This document shows positions 9,099 through 17,843 of a stretch of 64,000 nucleotides of DNA, in pieces; the stretch's first letter is position 1, and each line of letters begins with the position of its first letter. The notes under the pieces are model-generated. The model saw nothing but the letters and a program-made list of their open reading frames with translations, was not told the DNA's origin and ran no database searches. This DNA is from Candidatus Krumholzibacteriia bacterium (GTDB lineage: Bacteria > Krumholzibacteriota > Krumholzibacteriia > JAJRXK01). The stretch lies in the NCBI GenBank assembly GCA_041484665.1, contig JBGPIA010000008.1, forward strand, positions 1-64,000, given 5' to 3'. The position numbers were made by a program, and so were the translations under genes.

Positions 9099-11384
9099 CT
9101 ACCGGACCAGCACGAGCCGCGCGGTCCTCGTGACCCCAGCGGCCTCCAGCTTGGCGACGTACACTCCAGCGGCGACGGGCACGCCATCGCGGTCCCGTCC
9201 GTCCCACCGGACGCTACGAATCCCTGCTGGCAGGCCGTCGTAGGTGAACGCACGCACGACCCGGCCTCTCACGTCGACCACGCTCAGCCGCGCACTCCCG
9301 GGTGCGGCAAGGCCGAACTCGATCTGCGCCCCCGCGACCGCGGGGTTCTGACCTTCGAGGTGGACCCACGTCCCGGTCGGGTGCGCCACGCCATCCACCT
9401 CCGTGGGATTCGCCCGTCCCACTGCCGCGCTCATCGGGCCCACGTTCCCGTGAATGTCGGTGGCCTGCGCCCGGTAGCAGAAGTTGACGCCGCTGTTGTC
9501 CACGAGAAAGAGGTCGGTGCCGCATTGGGCCGGCACGTCTGTTGGTGGGTCCAGGCAGTTCCCGCGGAACCAACACAATTGAGCGAAGTCGTTCGCAACG
9601 TTCCCCAGCTGCGCGCCCAGAATCAGCAGGCCAGGGTTCTCAAAGGCGGGAGCCAACGCGACAGTCGGGGCTACATTGTCGACGGAGTAACCGGAGCGTG
9701 TGGCGGACTTATATCGCAGTGCGCTGGTGGTAACGCCGACGACGCGAAAGGCCTGTTGAGGAGCGGGCTGCCCTGCAGTGAGGACTGCGGACGTCGGAAC
9801 GGTGCGCGCGTAGCTCGGCGCGCCGTTCGCGGGCTGCGTCGCGACAACCTGCCATCCTGACGATTCCGTCTGGATCTCGTACGCGGTTACCGGCGAGAGT
9901 GCATCAGCTTCCAACGGGCTTTGCGTCCACGCGACGGTCAGCTGACTGCCCTGGTCGTTCGGGACGTCGTCGACGCTCGTGACCGCCGGACACTGGTCCG
10001 GCAGACGCACGCCTGACAGATCGAAGGCGGCAGCTGTAGTTCCGATCGCATTGCAGCCGGAGTCGCATGCGACCGTGCCAAAGAGCAGCAGGACTCCGGT
10101 AGCGTAAGGAACTACTGCGCTCAGGCCGTAATGAATCCGCGGGAAACTGATGTCATCGTTTGGAGGAAAATTCGAGTGATCGATGCGAGCGCCGGGCATC
10201 GGCCACGCCAGCGCGCCGCCTGCGGTGATACGCTGCGCATAGACATCGCCCGATGACCATGCGACGAGCCAGCCGCCGGCACCGTCGTCCACGAGATTCC
10301 AGAGGCCCGCGCCTGCACCGCTCCATAGGCGGATCCCACAATCGCCCCAAAGTCGCGCGCCGGTGCTGGTCATGTGCTGGGCATAGATACCTGGCGCGTC
10401 CGGCCTGTCGTCCCTCCAGGCGATGATCGCGCCGCCGTCACCATCCACCGTGGAGAACGACTGCTGGGGTAGCGAGGCCTCCGTGCAGACGGGCGCCCCG
10501 AATCCGCTGTACAGGATCTGGCCACTGCCGGAAATGTGCTGCAGGAATAGGCCTCCTGCCTTGCCGACGATCAGAGCACCGCCCGCGAAGTCCGGTAGTA
10601 CGGTCACGATGGATCCAACGGCGTTACCGCAATCCAGCGCACCGCAGAGGAGTACCCCGTCAGCCCCCCAATGCAAGTTCCCCTGGGCATCGAACCGCTG
10701 CGCCCGGAGGCTCCCCGATGGCGACGAGTTGTCTAGCCAGAGCAGGACAGCCCCGCCTAAGCCGTCAGGAACGAGTGCGACAGTCCCTGCCGAGGGACCA
10801 TTCGTCACAAGCAGCCCGTCACCTGCCCATTGGCGCTGACCGCCCGGCGCCAGCAGTTGAGCACGCTCAGCCCACTCACCAGCGATGGGTCCGGATACCC
10901 ACGCCACTATGACGCCACCCTGTCCGTCCGGAGCGGCGTGGGGCGCGAAGTCCCCAAGCCTCCAGCCGGGCATGCTCGCAGTAGATAATTCCAGGCCGTT
11001 CACGCCCCACTGCGGGCGCCCCCCACTATCGACTTTCTGAACGAACGGCCGCGATGACGCCTCCGCGAACCAAGTCGTGATCGCACCGCCCGCGCCATCC
11101 GGGATGGTGCGGTACGTCACTCCACCGGTCACGTCGGGGCACGTCGCATCGCAGAGTTCGCTGGGCGCACCTGCCTGCGAAATGTACCCGCACCGATTCA
11201 ACTCCGACGCCGAAAGCGGCCCGGACCTCGGGAACGGCCCAATCAGGAGCCAGCCACCATCGGCCAGTGACGTGGTGGTGTAGGGAGAGGTCACCGAGAC
11301 CCGCACGCCGTTCGGAGCCCATTGGGCGCGCACTTCTGGAGACAGCAGGATGATCAGCGACAACAGATAGGGCAGGCGACGCAC
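9099..11384 (-). CDS. Secreted beta-repeat protein (DGxGGAIIAW repeats) with C-terminal FlgD Ig-like domain
   Basis: GGAGG RBS and GTG at 11384, signal peptide; repeats PDGAGGAITTW, PDGQGGVIVAW, DGDGGAIIAW; C-terminus WDGRDRDGVPVAAGVY. Confidence 0.85.
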   Translation of the reverse strand: MRRLPYLLSLIILLSPEVRAQWAPNGVRVSVTSPYTTTSLADGGWLLIGPFPRSGPLSASELNRCGYISQAGAPSELCDATCPDVTGGVTYRTIPDGAGGAITTWFAEASSRPFVQKVDSGGRPQWGVNGLELSTASMPGWRLGDFAPHAAPDGQGGVIVAWVSGPIAGEWAERAQLLAPGGQRQWAGDGLLVTNGPSAGTVALVPDGLGGAVLLWLDNSSPSGSLRAQRFDAQGNLHWGADGVLLCGALDCGNAVGSIVTVLPDFAGGALIVGKAGGLFLQHISGSGQILYSGFGAPVCTEASLPQQSFSTVDGDGGAIIAWRDDRPDAPGIYAQHMTSTGARLWGDCGIRLWSGAGAGLWNLVDDGAGGWLVAWSSGDVYAQRITAGGALAWPMPGARIDHSNFPPNDDISFPRIHYGLSAVVPYATGVLLLFGTVACDSGCNAIGTTAAAFDLSGVRLPDQCPAVTSVDDVPNDQGSQLTVAWTQSPLEADALSPVTAYEIQTESSGWQVVATQPANGAPSYARTVPTSAVLTAGQPAPQQAFRVVGVTTSALRYKSATRSGYSVDNVAPTVALAPAFENPGLLILGAQLGNVANDFAQLCWFRGNCLDPPTDVPAQCGTDLFLVDNSGVNFCYRAQATDIHGNVGPMSAAVGRANPTEVDGVAHPTGTWVHLEGQNPAVAGAQIEFGLAAPGSARLSVVDVRGRVVRAFTYDGLPAGIRSVRWDGRDRDGVPVAAGVYVAKLEAAGVTRTARLVLVR

Positions 11385-11751
11385 GGCGGGATCCTCCCAC
11401 GGCGAGAGGTGAAGCGGAGCCTGCGGGGAGCATAGGACGATCACGATCCCAGGGGAAGCGGCCTGACTCCGGCGAGAGCCCGCCGGGGCGATTCCCCAGT
11501 CTCGCCGAAACGAGCCAACGTGCGAGGACTCGGCCGCCCCTCGATTGTCGGTCAGGTCACGGATCCAGAGCCTCCGGCCGCGAGATGCGGACATCCGGTC
11601 CAACGTGCGCGCGGCGCTTGACCCCAGCAGCGCCGCCCCCATGCTACAGTTCCTCGCGCTCGGGCGGCCCCCGCTGAGAATGCCGGCTGTCTGCCACTTG
11701 GCGCCGAAATGACCGCTGTTCGAGAGACCAAAGTGGTCGGAGGTTGTTCCG

Positions 11752-12849
11752 ATGGCGTACTACCTTGACCTCTTCTCGCCGGAGACCTACGACCGATTCT
11801 CCAGGTCCGATCGTTCAGTCTCTGGCTTCCGGGAGCGCCATCGGAACGCGGCGTCGCGGGTGAAGCCAGGCGACATTCTCGTCTGCTACATGACGAGGGT
11901 GTCGCGTTGGTTCGGGCTCCTTCAGGTGGACAGCAGCTCTTTCGAGGACCCGACCGCGCTTTTCGCCGCCGACAATGACCCGTTCCTGGTTCGCTTCCAC
12001 GTGACGCCGCTAGTCTGGCTGCTGCCCGAACAGGCTCTGCCCATCCACGATGAGGCCCTTTGGCGTCGGCTGTCCATGACACGCCAGTACTCGGGGACAT
12101 CACCGCACTGGACGGGGTTCTTCCGCACGAGTCTGAATCGCCTCTCTGACGAAGACGGCCAACTGCTGGAATCGCTGCTCCGCCAGCAGGCGATACAGCC
12201 CAAGCAGTTCCCGTTGACCGACCGCGACCGCAAGGCGTTGGCACCGAGTGTGGTTCGGAGGCCCAATGGGCCCGTCGCGGTCGTCGTTCCGGATGAGGAC
12301 GACTCCACGGTGGCGGAGGCACCCGCTCACGAGGCACGCGAGTCGACCAAGGTTCAGGCGCTCCTAGCCCAGATAGGCGCGGCGATGGGCTTCAGGATTT
12401 GGCTTCCAGCCGGGGATCGGTCCGCGGTGCTGAAGGAGTGGAAGGGTGAGCAGAAGGCTCTCGTTGGCGAGCTTCCGCTGAACTACGACGAAGTGACGTT
12501 GGGAACGATTGAGCGCATCGATGTGCTCTGGCTCAAGGGCCGCTCGATTGTGCGAGCTTTCGAGGTAGAGCACACCACTGCGATCTACTCCGGTCTTTTG
12601 CGCATGGCCGACCTGTTGAGCCTGCAGCCCAACATGGACATCAAGCTGCACATCGTCGCGCCAGATGCGCGAAGAGCGAAGGTGCTCGAAGAGATCCGTC
12701 GGCCCGTGTTCTCGCTCCTGGAACGGCGTCCACTGCACGAGTCCTGTACCTTCCTGTCCTACGACAGCATCCGCACGATTGCGGCGCTGCCCCACCTGGC
12801 CCACACGACAGACAGCATCCTGGAGGAGTACGTCGAGGAGGCGGACTAG
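11752..12849 (+). CDS. EVE-domain protein fused to a PD-(D/E)xK-like nuclease (putative modification-dependent restriction enzyme)
   Basis: N-terminal EVE/PUA-like region (VKPGDILVCY); C-terminal IDVLW...AFEVEHTTAIYSGLLRMADL. Confidence 0.8.
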   Translation: MAYYLDLFSPETYDRFSRSDRSVSGFRERHRNAASRVKPGDILVCYMTRVSRWFGLLQVDSSSFEDPTALFAADNDPFLVRFHVTPLVWLLPEQALPIHDEALWRRLSMTRQYSGTSPHWTGFFRTSLNRLSDEDGQLLESLLRQQAIQPKQFPLTDRDRKALAPSVVRRPNGPVAVVVPDEDDSTVAEAPAHEARESTKVQALLAQIGAAMGFRIWLPAGDRSAVLKEWKGEQKALVGELPLNYDEVTLGTIERIDVLWLKGRSIVRAFEVEHTTAIYSGLLRMADLLSLQPNMDIKLHIVAPDARRAKVLEEIRRPVFSLLERRPLHESCTFLSYDSIRTIAALPHLAHTTDSILEEYVEEAD

Positions 12850-12982
12850 GCACCCCGCGTGTCCGACGACATCTCCAGCCAGGCCGCCAACGCGCGACGG
12901 CGGCGAAGGCGACTCGGTGGCCGGTTCTGGGGCCGGTACGGGTGCCCATGAATGAGATGGGACGCTCAGTCAGCTAGAGCGT

Positions 12983-13026
12983 CTTGAGTCAAACCCGAAA
13001 AATGCTGTGCGCGAGGTGTCGGCCTC
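12983..13026. repeat. Island intergenic motif, copy 1
   Basis: 35/44 nt ungapped identity (counted by hand) to 14710-14753. Confidence 0.8.
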
Positions 13027-13075
13027 CAGGGTCGCTCGCGTCGGCGGCGGGTGATCCTGGCGCCCCGTTCAGCGG

Positions 13076-14629
13076 TCATGGGTGCATGACTAGGATACGA
13101 TGATGGAACGTGTCTGCGATGTACAGACGACCATTGGCGTCCACCTCCAGGCCGGCTGGGCGGTACAAGGATGTCTGGCTCGTAGGCCCGACGGCGGTTG
13201 TTATGACGCCTGTGGCCAGGTCGATCACGCGAACGGCGTCGTTCAACTCGTCGGCGACATAGAGGCGACCTTGGAAGTAGGCGAGGTCCCGAGGGTTGCG
13301 GAGCGTCGCAGCAACGGCTGGTCCCGAATCTCCGCTATACCCCGCGGTGCCAGTTCCCGCGATGGTTTCGATACGATTGAGCGTGAAGTCGACTCGACGG
13401 ATACGGTTGTTGAGCGTGTCCGAGATGTAGAGGCGGCCATCTGCATCGAGAGCAAGAGCGCCGCCAGGGGCTGCAGCTGGCCCGAACGGGAGGTTGAGGA
13501 GCGCTTGAAGTGGTGGCCCTCCATCCCCATCGAAGCCACCGACGCCCGTGCCAACGACAGTGGAGATCGTGCCGTTGGGGTCGATTCTGCGAACCCGCTG
13601 GTTGCGCATGTCAAGGCAGTAGATCGAGCCGTCTACCGCCTGAACTGACTGAATCGGCTCGTTCAGGAGTGCAGCGCTTGCAGGCCCACCGTCACCCGCA
13701 AAGCCCGGCGTGTCGCCGCAGATAACCGTCACCAGCCCCGTTGAAGGGTCGTACCGGCGCAGCTTGTTGTTCTGCCACGCGCTCAGCAGAATACTGCCAT
13801 TCTGAAGCTCGCATAAATGGGTCGGATGGTTGAGATTGACCAGCTCTCCGGGCCAACCGGGCGGGGAGAACTCAGCGCGATCGTTCGGAATCTCCGGTCC
13901 ATCCCCGAGAGACCCGCCAATCACGGTCTCCAGCGTTCCCTGCGAAGTGACGTGTCGCACGCGGTGGTTGTTCCAGTCGAGGATGTACCACTCGCCCGTG
14001 GACGTGCGTGTTAGATCGATGGGCCAGTAGAATTCCGACTGGAGAAGTGTGTGGCCATCGCCGTCAAAGCCCGCCGCCCCGGTACCCGCCCAAGTGCATA
14101 TGTTGCCCGGATTGTCGCACGCTGCCAAGCTGGAGTCGCCGATAGCGATCGCCAGGGAAAATCGGCCGTTGTTGCCCTCGCCCGCGGCTTCTTGCTGTTG
14201 ATTTGCCACGTCGGTTTGAACATGGACGTACCAGAGCGCTCCGGGCCGCTGCTCTGGCAGCTGCCTCGTTGCGGCCAGAGTGGTCTCCGCTTGCTCCGCG
14301 ACTGAGCCCTGCACCTGGACATCCGGGGCAAGAGTGATTTCACCGCCTCCGCCCTGGTCCTGCGCAATGGACAGACGGTCAGTCCAACCGGCTCCGGAAG
14401 TCGTCGCGGACCCGACGTTGCGCACGGTCCACCGCACCTCTAGATCGTGGTCCCAGTGTGCGCCTGGGGATACTTGAGTCCACGTGACGATGAGATCCGG
14501 GTGCGTCCTCGGTACCATGAGATCCGGTTCACTGCTGGAACAGCTCGCAAGCGCGGCGAGTGCAGCAAGCACGGGCGCTGAGAGGCTGCGGCGGACCGCG
14601 GCATGATGGCTGAAGGGAGCGAGCCGCAC
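13076..14629 (-). CDS. Lipoprotein with CARDB-like Ig domain and NHL-repeat beta-propeller
   Basis: Lipobox LAS-C; PDLIVT...WTVRNVG; repeated AGTGxAGFxGDGGPA and YIADTxNxRIR motifs. Confidence 0.85.
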   Translation of the reverse strand: MRLAPFSHHAAVRRSLSAPVLAALAALASCSSSEPDLMVPRTHPDLIVTWTQVSPGAHWDHDLEVRWTVRNVGSATTSGAGWTDRLSIAQDQGGGGEITLAPDVQVQGSVAEQAETTLAATRQLPEQRPGALWYVHVQTDVANQQQEAAGEGNNGRFSLAIAIGDSSLAACDNPGNICTWAGTGAAGFDGDGHTLLQSEFYWPIDLTRTSTGEWYILDWNNHRVRHVTSQGTLETVIGGSLGDGPEIPNDRAEFSPPGWPGELVNLNHPTHLCELQNGSILLSAWQNNKLRRYDPSTGLVTVICGDTPGFAGDGGPASAALLNEPIQSVQAVDGSIYCLDMRNQRVRRIDPNGTISTVVGTGVGGFDGDGGPPLQALLNLPFGPAAAPGGALALDADGRLYISDTLNNRIRRVDFTLNRIETIAGTGTAGYSGDSGPAVAATLRNPRDLAYFQGRLYVADELNDAVRVIDLATGVITTAVGPTSQTSLYRPAGLEVDANGRLYIADTFHHRILVMHP

Positions 14630-14709
14630 GGGAACTCCCAGGGACGGCGATGGCTGCGTGGACCCAAGCCTAGGCCCCTCCCGTCTCCAGGGGAAGCCTC
14701 ACGGCCCCC

Positions 14710-14800
14710 CTTGACGCAAGATCGAAAAATGCGATGCGCGGGGTGTCGGGCTCTTGTGATTCGCGAGAGGCGCCGGCCTGGGGGGGAGCGTCCCCCGGGC
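14710..14800. repeat. Island intergenic motif, copy 2 (with trailing G-run/C-run)
   Basis: CTTGACGCAAGATCGAAAAATGCGATGCGCGGGGTGTCGGGCTC followed by GGGGGGGAGCGTCCCCCGGG. Confidence 0.8.
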
Positions 14801-14884
14801 GAGGTCCCCCACGGCCGCAGTTACAGAGCCGGCTTCCGTCGCCGCGCAACTCGTGTGCGTCCCCTGGTAGAGCGCTGGCCCCGC

Positions 14885-15358
14885 CTACCGTTTCGGACTG
14901 AATCGTCCCTTCAGGTCGCCCATGCTGGACGCGGCTCCTGGAACCGGCAGACCCGGCGGCGTCCCGAGGTTCACCCAGGTCCAACCCGGGCCCTGCCACG
15001 AGCTGAGGACCCACACCTCGTCCGAATTCGTCACCAGGGAGCCATAGCTCCAGAGTTTGATATCCGAAATGGGTACCGGCATCGGCGGCGCGGGGACCGT
15101 GAAGGTGTCGGGCCGGAATCCCATATCGGAACCGTTCCCAAGGTTTCCGAATTCGAGCACTCTCCCATCTCCAAGCAGGACCCAGCCGTTGTACGAATGG
15201 GGGTACTCAGCAGCGACGATCCCGACGACACCCCCTGTCGCGTTGAAATCCGCCCTTGCGGATCGAGACGCGCCGAGCCGGGCGTCCACGATGACCCACG
15301 CCAGCGCGAGGAAGAACGATGAGAGTGAGAAGAGCAGGAGAGACTTGAGAGCCCGCAT
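14885..15358 (-). CDS. Small secreted protein with C-terminal VPGAASSMGDLKGRF motif
   Basis: GGAGG RBS, ATG at 15358, hydrophobic N-terminus ending RSARA; paralogue of 3501-3851. Confidence 0.75.
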   Translation of the reverse strand: MRALKSLLLFSLSSFFLALAWVIVDARLGASRSARADFNATGGVVGIVAAEYPHSYNGWVLLGDGRVLEFGNLGNGSDMGFRPDTFTVPAPPMPVPISDIKLWSYGSLVTNSDEVWVLSSWQGPGWTWVNLGTPPGLPVPGAASSMGDLKGRFSPKR

Positions 15359-15510
15359 GTGCAACCTCCGGTTGGCCCCAGCGGAAACGGATCGGGGCGC
15401 GGTGCATGAGGCGGGCACGCGGTGCAATGCACGCGAGCGTGACCGACACCAATTGGAGCCTACCCGAAGCGTAGGACTATCCCGCCCGCCTGGGAAGCCG
15501 CTTGGCGCCT

Positions 15511-15600
15511 CCTGACGCTCAATTGAAAATGGTTAGTGCTCGGGGAGAGGGCTTGTGTGGAGCGCGCGCCTGGGCGAGGGGGGCCATGGCCCCCGGGGGA
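15511..15600. repeat. Island intergenic motif, diverged copy 3
   Basis: CCTGACGC...GAAAATG...TGCTCGGGG...GGGCTTGTGTG...GGGGGGCCATGGCCCCCGGG is collinear with copy 2. Confidence 0.5.
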
Positions 15601-15904
15601 CCGACAGGCCCCGGCCGCCTGGGTTTGTCTGATGCCCAGCTGCGGGAGGCTCACGGCTTGCCAGGGTCCGCGCGCTGCAGCCACGCGCCCGGCTCCACGG
15701 TCTACTCGATCGTTGAGCGTCAGGATGTCTGTTGCCCGGGAGCGGTGGATTTCGAGTGGGAATGGACTGCGCCACTCCCTAACGCAAACGCGCCGATCGG
15801 TCACGACGCTGCGTTGAGACTCCACTCCTCCGACACGACTTAGCGGATGCGCGGCGCCTGGACTGGATCGCCATCGGTCGCCACTGGCCCCCTGAAGGTG
15901 CCGG

Positions 15905-15925
15905 AGGAACCTAAAAGGAACCTAA
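15905..15925. repeat. AGGAACCTAA x2 direct repeat (11-bp period), candidate integrase arm-type sites
   Basis: Perfect 10-bp repeats at 15905 and 15916, about 65 bp beyond the tRNA 3' end. Confidence 0.55.
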
Positions 15926-15989
15926 TCCGCAGCGGCCAATTGGGCCGCAGAAGCGCTTTCGCATAACTCCATGGTACACAAGCAGTTTC

Positions 15990-16065
<76 letters not shown>

Positions 16066-16147
16066 ACCCAAGATTCGGCCGGTCGGAGTGCGCGCAACGC
16101 GCGCGGTGGGAAGCCCGACTCGGCGCAGCCTGCCAAGCAGGGGCGCC

Positions 16148-16176
16148 AAGGTAGCAAGCGCCTCCCAGGCTGTCAA
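16148..16176 (-). promoter_or_regulatory. Sigma70-type promoter for tRNA-Lys
   Basis: TTGACA-N17-TACCTT on the minus strand. Confidence 0.75.
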
Positions 16177-16243
16177 GCAAGCCCCCGCGATCGATGCCGG
16201 ATGGAAGCAAGGGCGGCCCCGGCCAGGCGACCTCCCCGAACGC

Positions 16244-16272
16244 GAAGAAGCCCGGGGACGGCGTCCCCGGGC
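16244..16272 (-). terminator. Probable intrinsic terminator
   Basis: GCCCGGGGAC/GTCCCCGGGC hairpin followed by TTCTTC on the minus strand, downstream of 16367-17302. Confidence 0.55.
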
Positions 16273-16366
16273 CATTCGTCCCTCCTCACTCGATTCACTC
16301 TGTCTGGCTCTGGCCGGTCGAACATCGATCGGGCGGCTTCCCCGCGATTGAGCCAGGCGGTCGATC

Positions 16367-17302
16367 CTACTTCTTGCCCAGCAGGCCGCCGAACTTGGCC
16401 TTGACGGTCCCCCAATTGGTGGGGGCGTCGGGAACCGACGTGCCGACCTGGAGGATCCCCGCGCCACTGAAGCCCGTCACCGTGTAGGTGACCACGGCGT
16501 TGTCCGGGAAGCTGATCGGCGGCGAGTAGTCGTCCGCAGGGCAATCCAGCGTCGCGCCCGTGCTGAAGTTGAGGGTTACTGCCTGACCGAGTCCGTTGTA
16601 CCAGCGCACCTGCTCGTTGAGACCCAGATCCAGCAGACCGCTGTTGTCGCCGTTGCTCAGATTGATCAGAGCGAACCCGTCGAGTTTCGCGGCGGGCGAC
16701 GGCCCACACAGCTGGGTGTAGATGTCGTCGAACGCCGACAGCATCAGCTGCTTGATCGGGCTGGTCTCGGCCACCACGGTGATCTGCCCCACCTCGGCGG
16801 AGTCGAGGGCCGGGATGATGCTGTAGTTCACCTGGCACGGGATCAGAATCGCCGGAATCGAGATCTTCTTATCGCTGCGGACGAACAGGATCAGCGGATA
16901 GCCCACGAAATTGACCGCGCACCCGAGCTTGAACTTGTCCCCCTCGAACTTCACGACGCCACCGCGCTTCACCAACGTCGGGATCCCGAAGAACGGATCA
17001 TCCACGGCGAAGTTCTGACCGTTGTCCTCGTCCTCGATGTAGCAGAGGTCGGCCAGCGGGGGATTCCCTGGGAAGGCGTTGCGCAGATGGATCGTCGCCT
17101 TGCCCTCCGCGATCCCGAAGCCCGCTGCGTAGCCCGTTGTGATGCCCGGGTTGATGCAGAATGGCGGGCAGGCGGCTTGCGCGCTGGCCGCCAGCATGCC
17201 GGCCCCGGCCACGGCGAGCGAAACGCCGAGCGAGACGATGACGAGCGCTCTGCGCGAGCCGATTCTATGCGGATCGACGACAAGCGTTCTCCAGAGCTTC
17301 AT
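16367..17302 (-). CDS. Secreted hypothetical protein with C-terminal VPDAPTNWGTVKAKF motif
   Basis: GGGAGG RBS, ATG at 17302, signal peptide ending ASAQA, strong coding bias. Confidence 0.8.
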   Translation of the reverse strand: MKLWRTLVVDPHRIGSRRALVIVSLGVSLAVAGAGMLAASAQAACPPFCINPGITTGYAAGFGIAEGKATIHLRNAFPGNPPLADLCYIEDEDNGQNFAVDDPFFGIPTLVKRGGVVKFEGDKFKLGCAVNFVGYPLILFVRSDKKISIPAILIPCQVNYSIIPALDSAEVGQITVVAETSPIKQLMLSAFDDIYTQLCGPSPAAKLDGFALINLSNGDNSGLLDLGLNEQVRWYNGLGQAVTLNFSTGATLDCPADDYSPPISFPDNAVVTYTVTGFSGAGILQVGTSVPDAPTNWGTVKAKFGGLLGKK

Positions 17303-17843
17303 GTGGCAGGTCCTCCCGGGGGGTGTACACCGCGTAAGCCCGGCGTGCTTCGCTTGTGCAGGCCGACCAAGCGAGTCAGGCCGGGTCTGCGGTTGGGCGT
17401 GGGGCGCGGGGGCGTCGCGTGAGCGTGAGTACGATCCTTCAAGTCTACCAGAAAACACGCGGCGCGAGAGACGCCGGCACCACAATCCGTCGCTTCGTCC
17501 GACCGGATTCCGCTCCGACACCTGCCGGCTCCCGGCTGGACGCCCGGCGAGCTCCCGGCTGGACGCCCGGGGAGTGACGGCCAGGGCGGCGACCCCGAGC
17601 GACAGCCTACCCCCCACCGAGCCGCGGCCCAGCACGCGCTACCTGGTGGCCGGCGCCAGCCGAGCGGCTGGTGTGCGTCAGCGCTGCAGCCCGCCCCTGA
17701 CCTTCCTCGCGCTCCCCGTGCCGCGCTCCCAGGACGCTCCCAGTGCTGGCCGCGAGGCGCGCGTTGGGGTACTCTGCGTGCCCGGCAGGCCCTTACGTCC
17801 GCTCACCTCCACCACCCCCGCCGGGAGAAACGCCGCAACTGCT

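Larger units (their letters stand above)
1..15989. mobile_element. Decayed genomic island (prophage or satellite remnants plus cargo) at the 3' end of tRNA-Lys; left boundary lies outside the window
   Basis: Abuts the tRNA-Lys 3' end. Contains TerS-like pseudogenes, restriction genes, duplicated modules and arm-site-like repeats. Codon usage looks less GC3-biased than core genes (by eye). No integrase seen. Confidence 0.65.

Noticed and set aside
15780..15890. Integrase C-terminal remnant (TPLLRHD and HSSDTT fragments)
   Set aside because: Matches are too short and lie in different frames; compatible with chance. BLASTX would be needed.
17305..17460. Riboswitch in the leader of 16367-17302
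   Set aside because: A GC-rich stem can be drawn, but no known aptamer motif was recognised; needs an Rfam scan.
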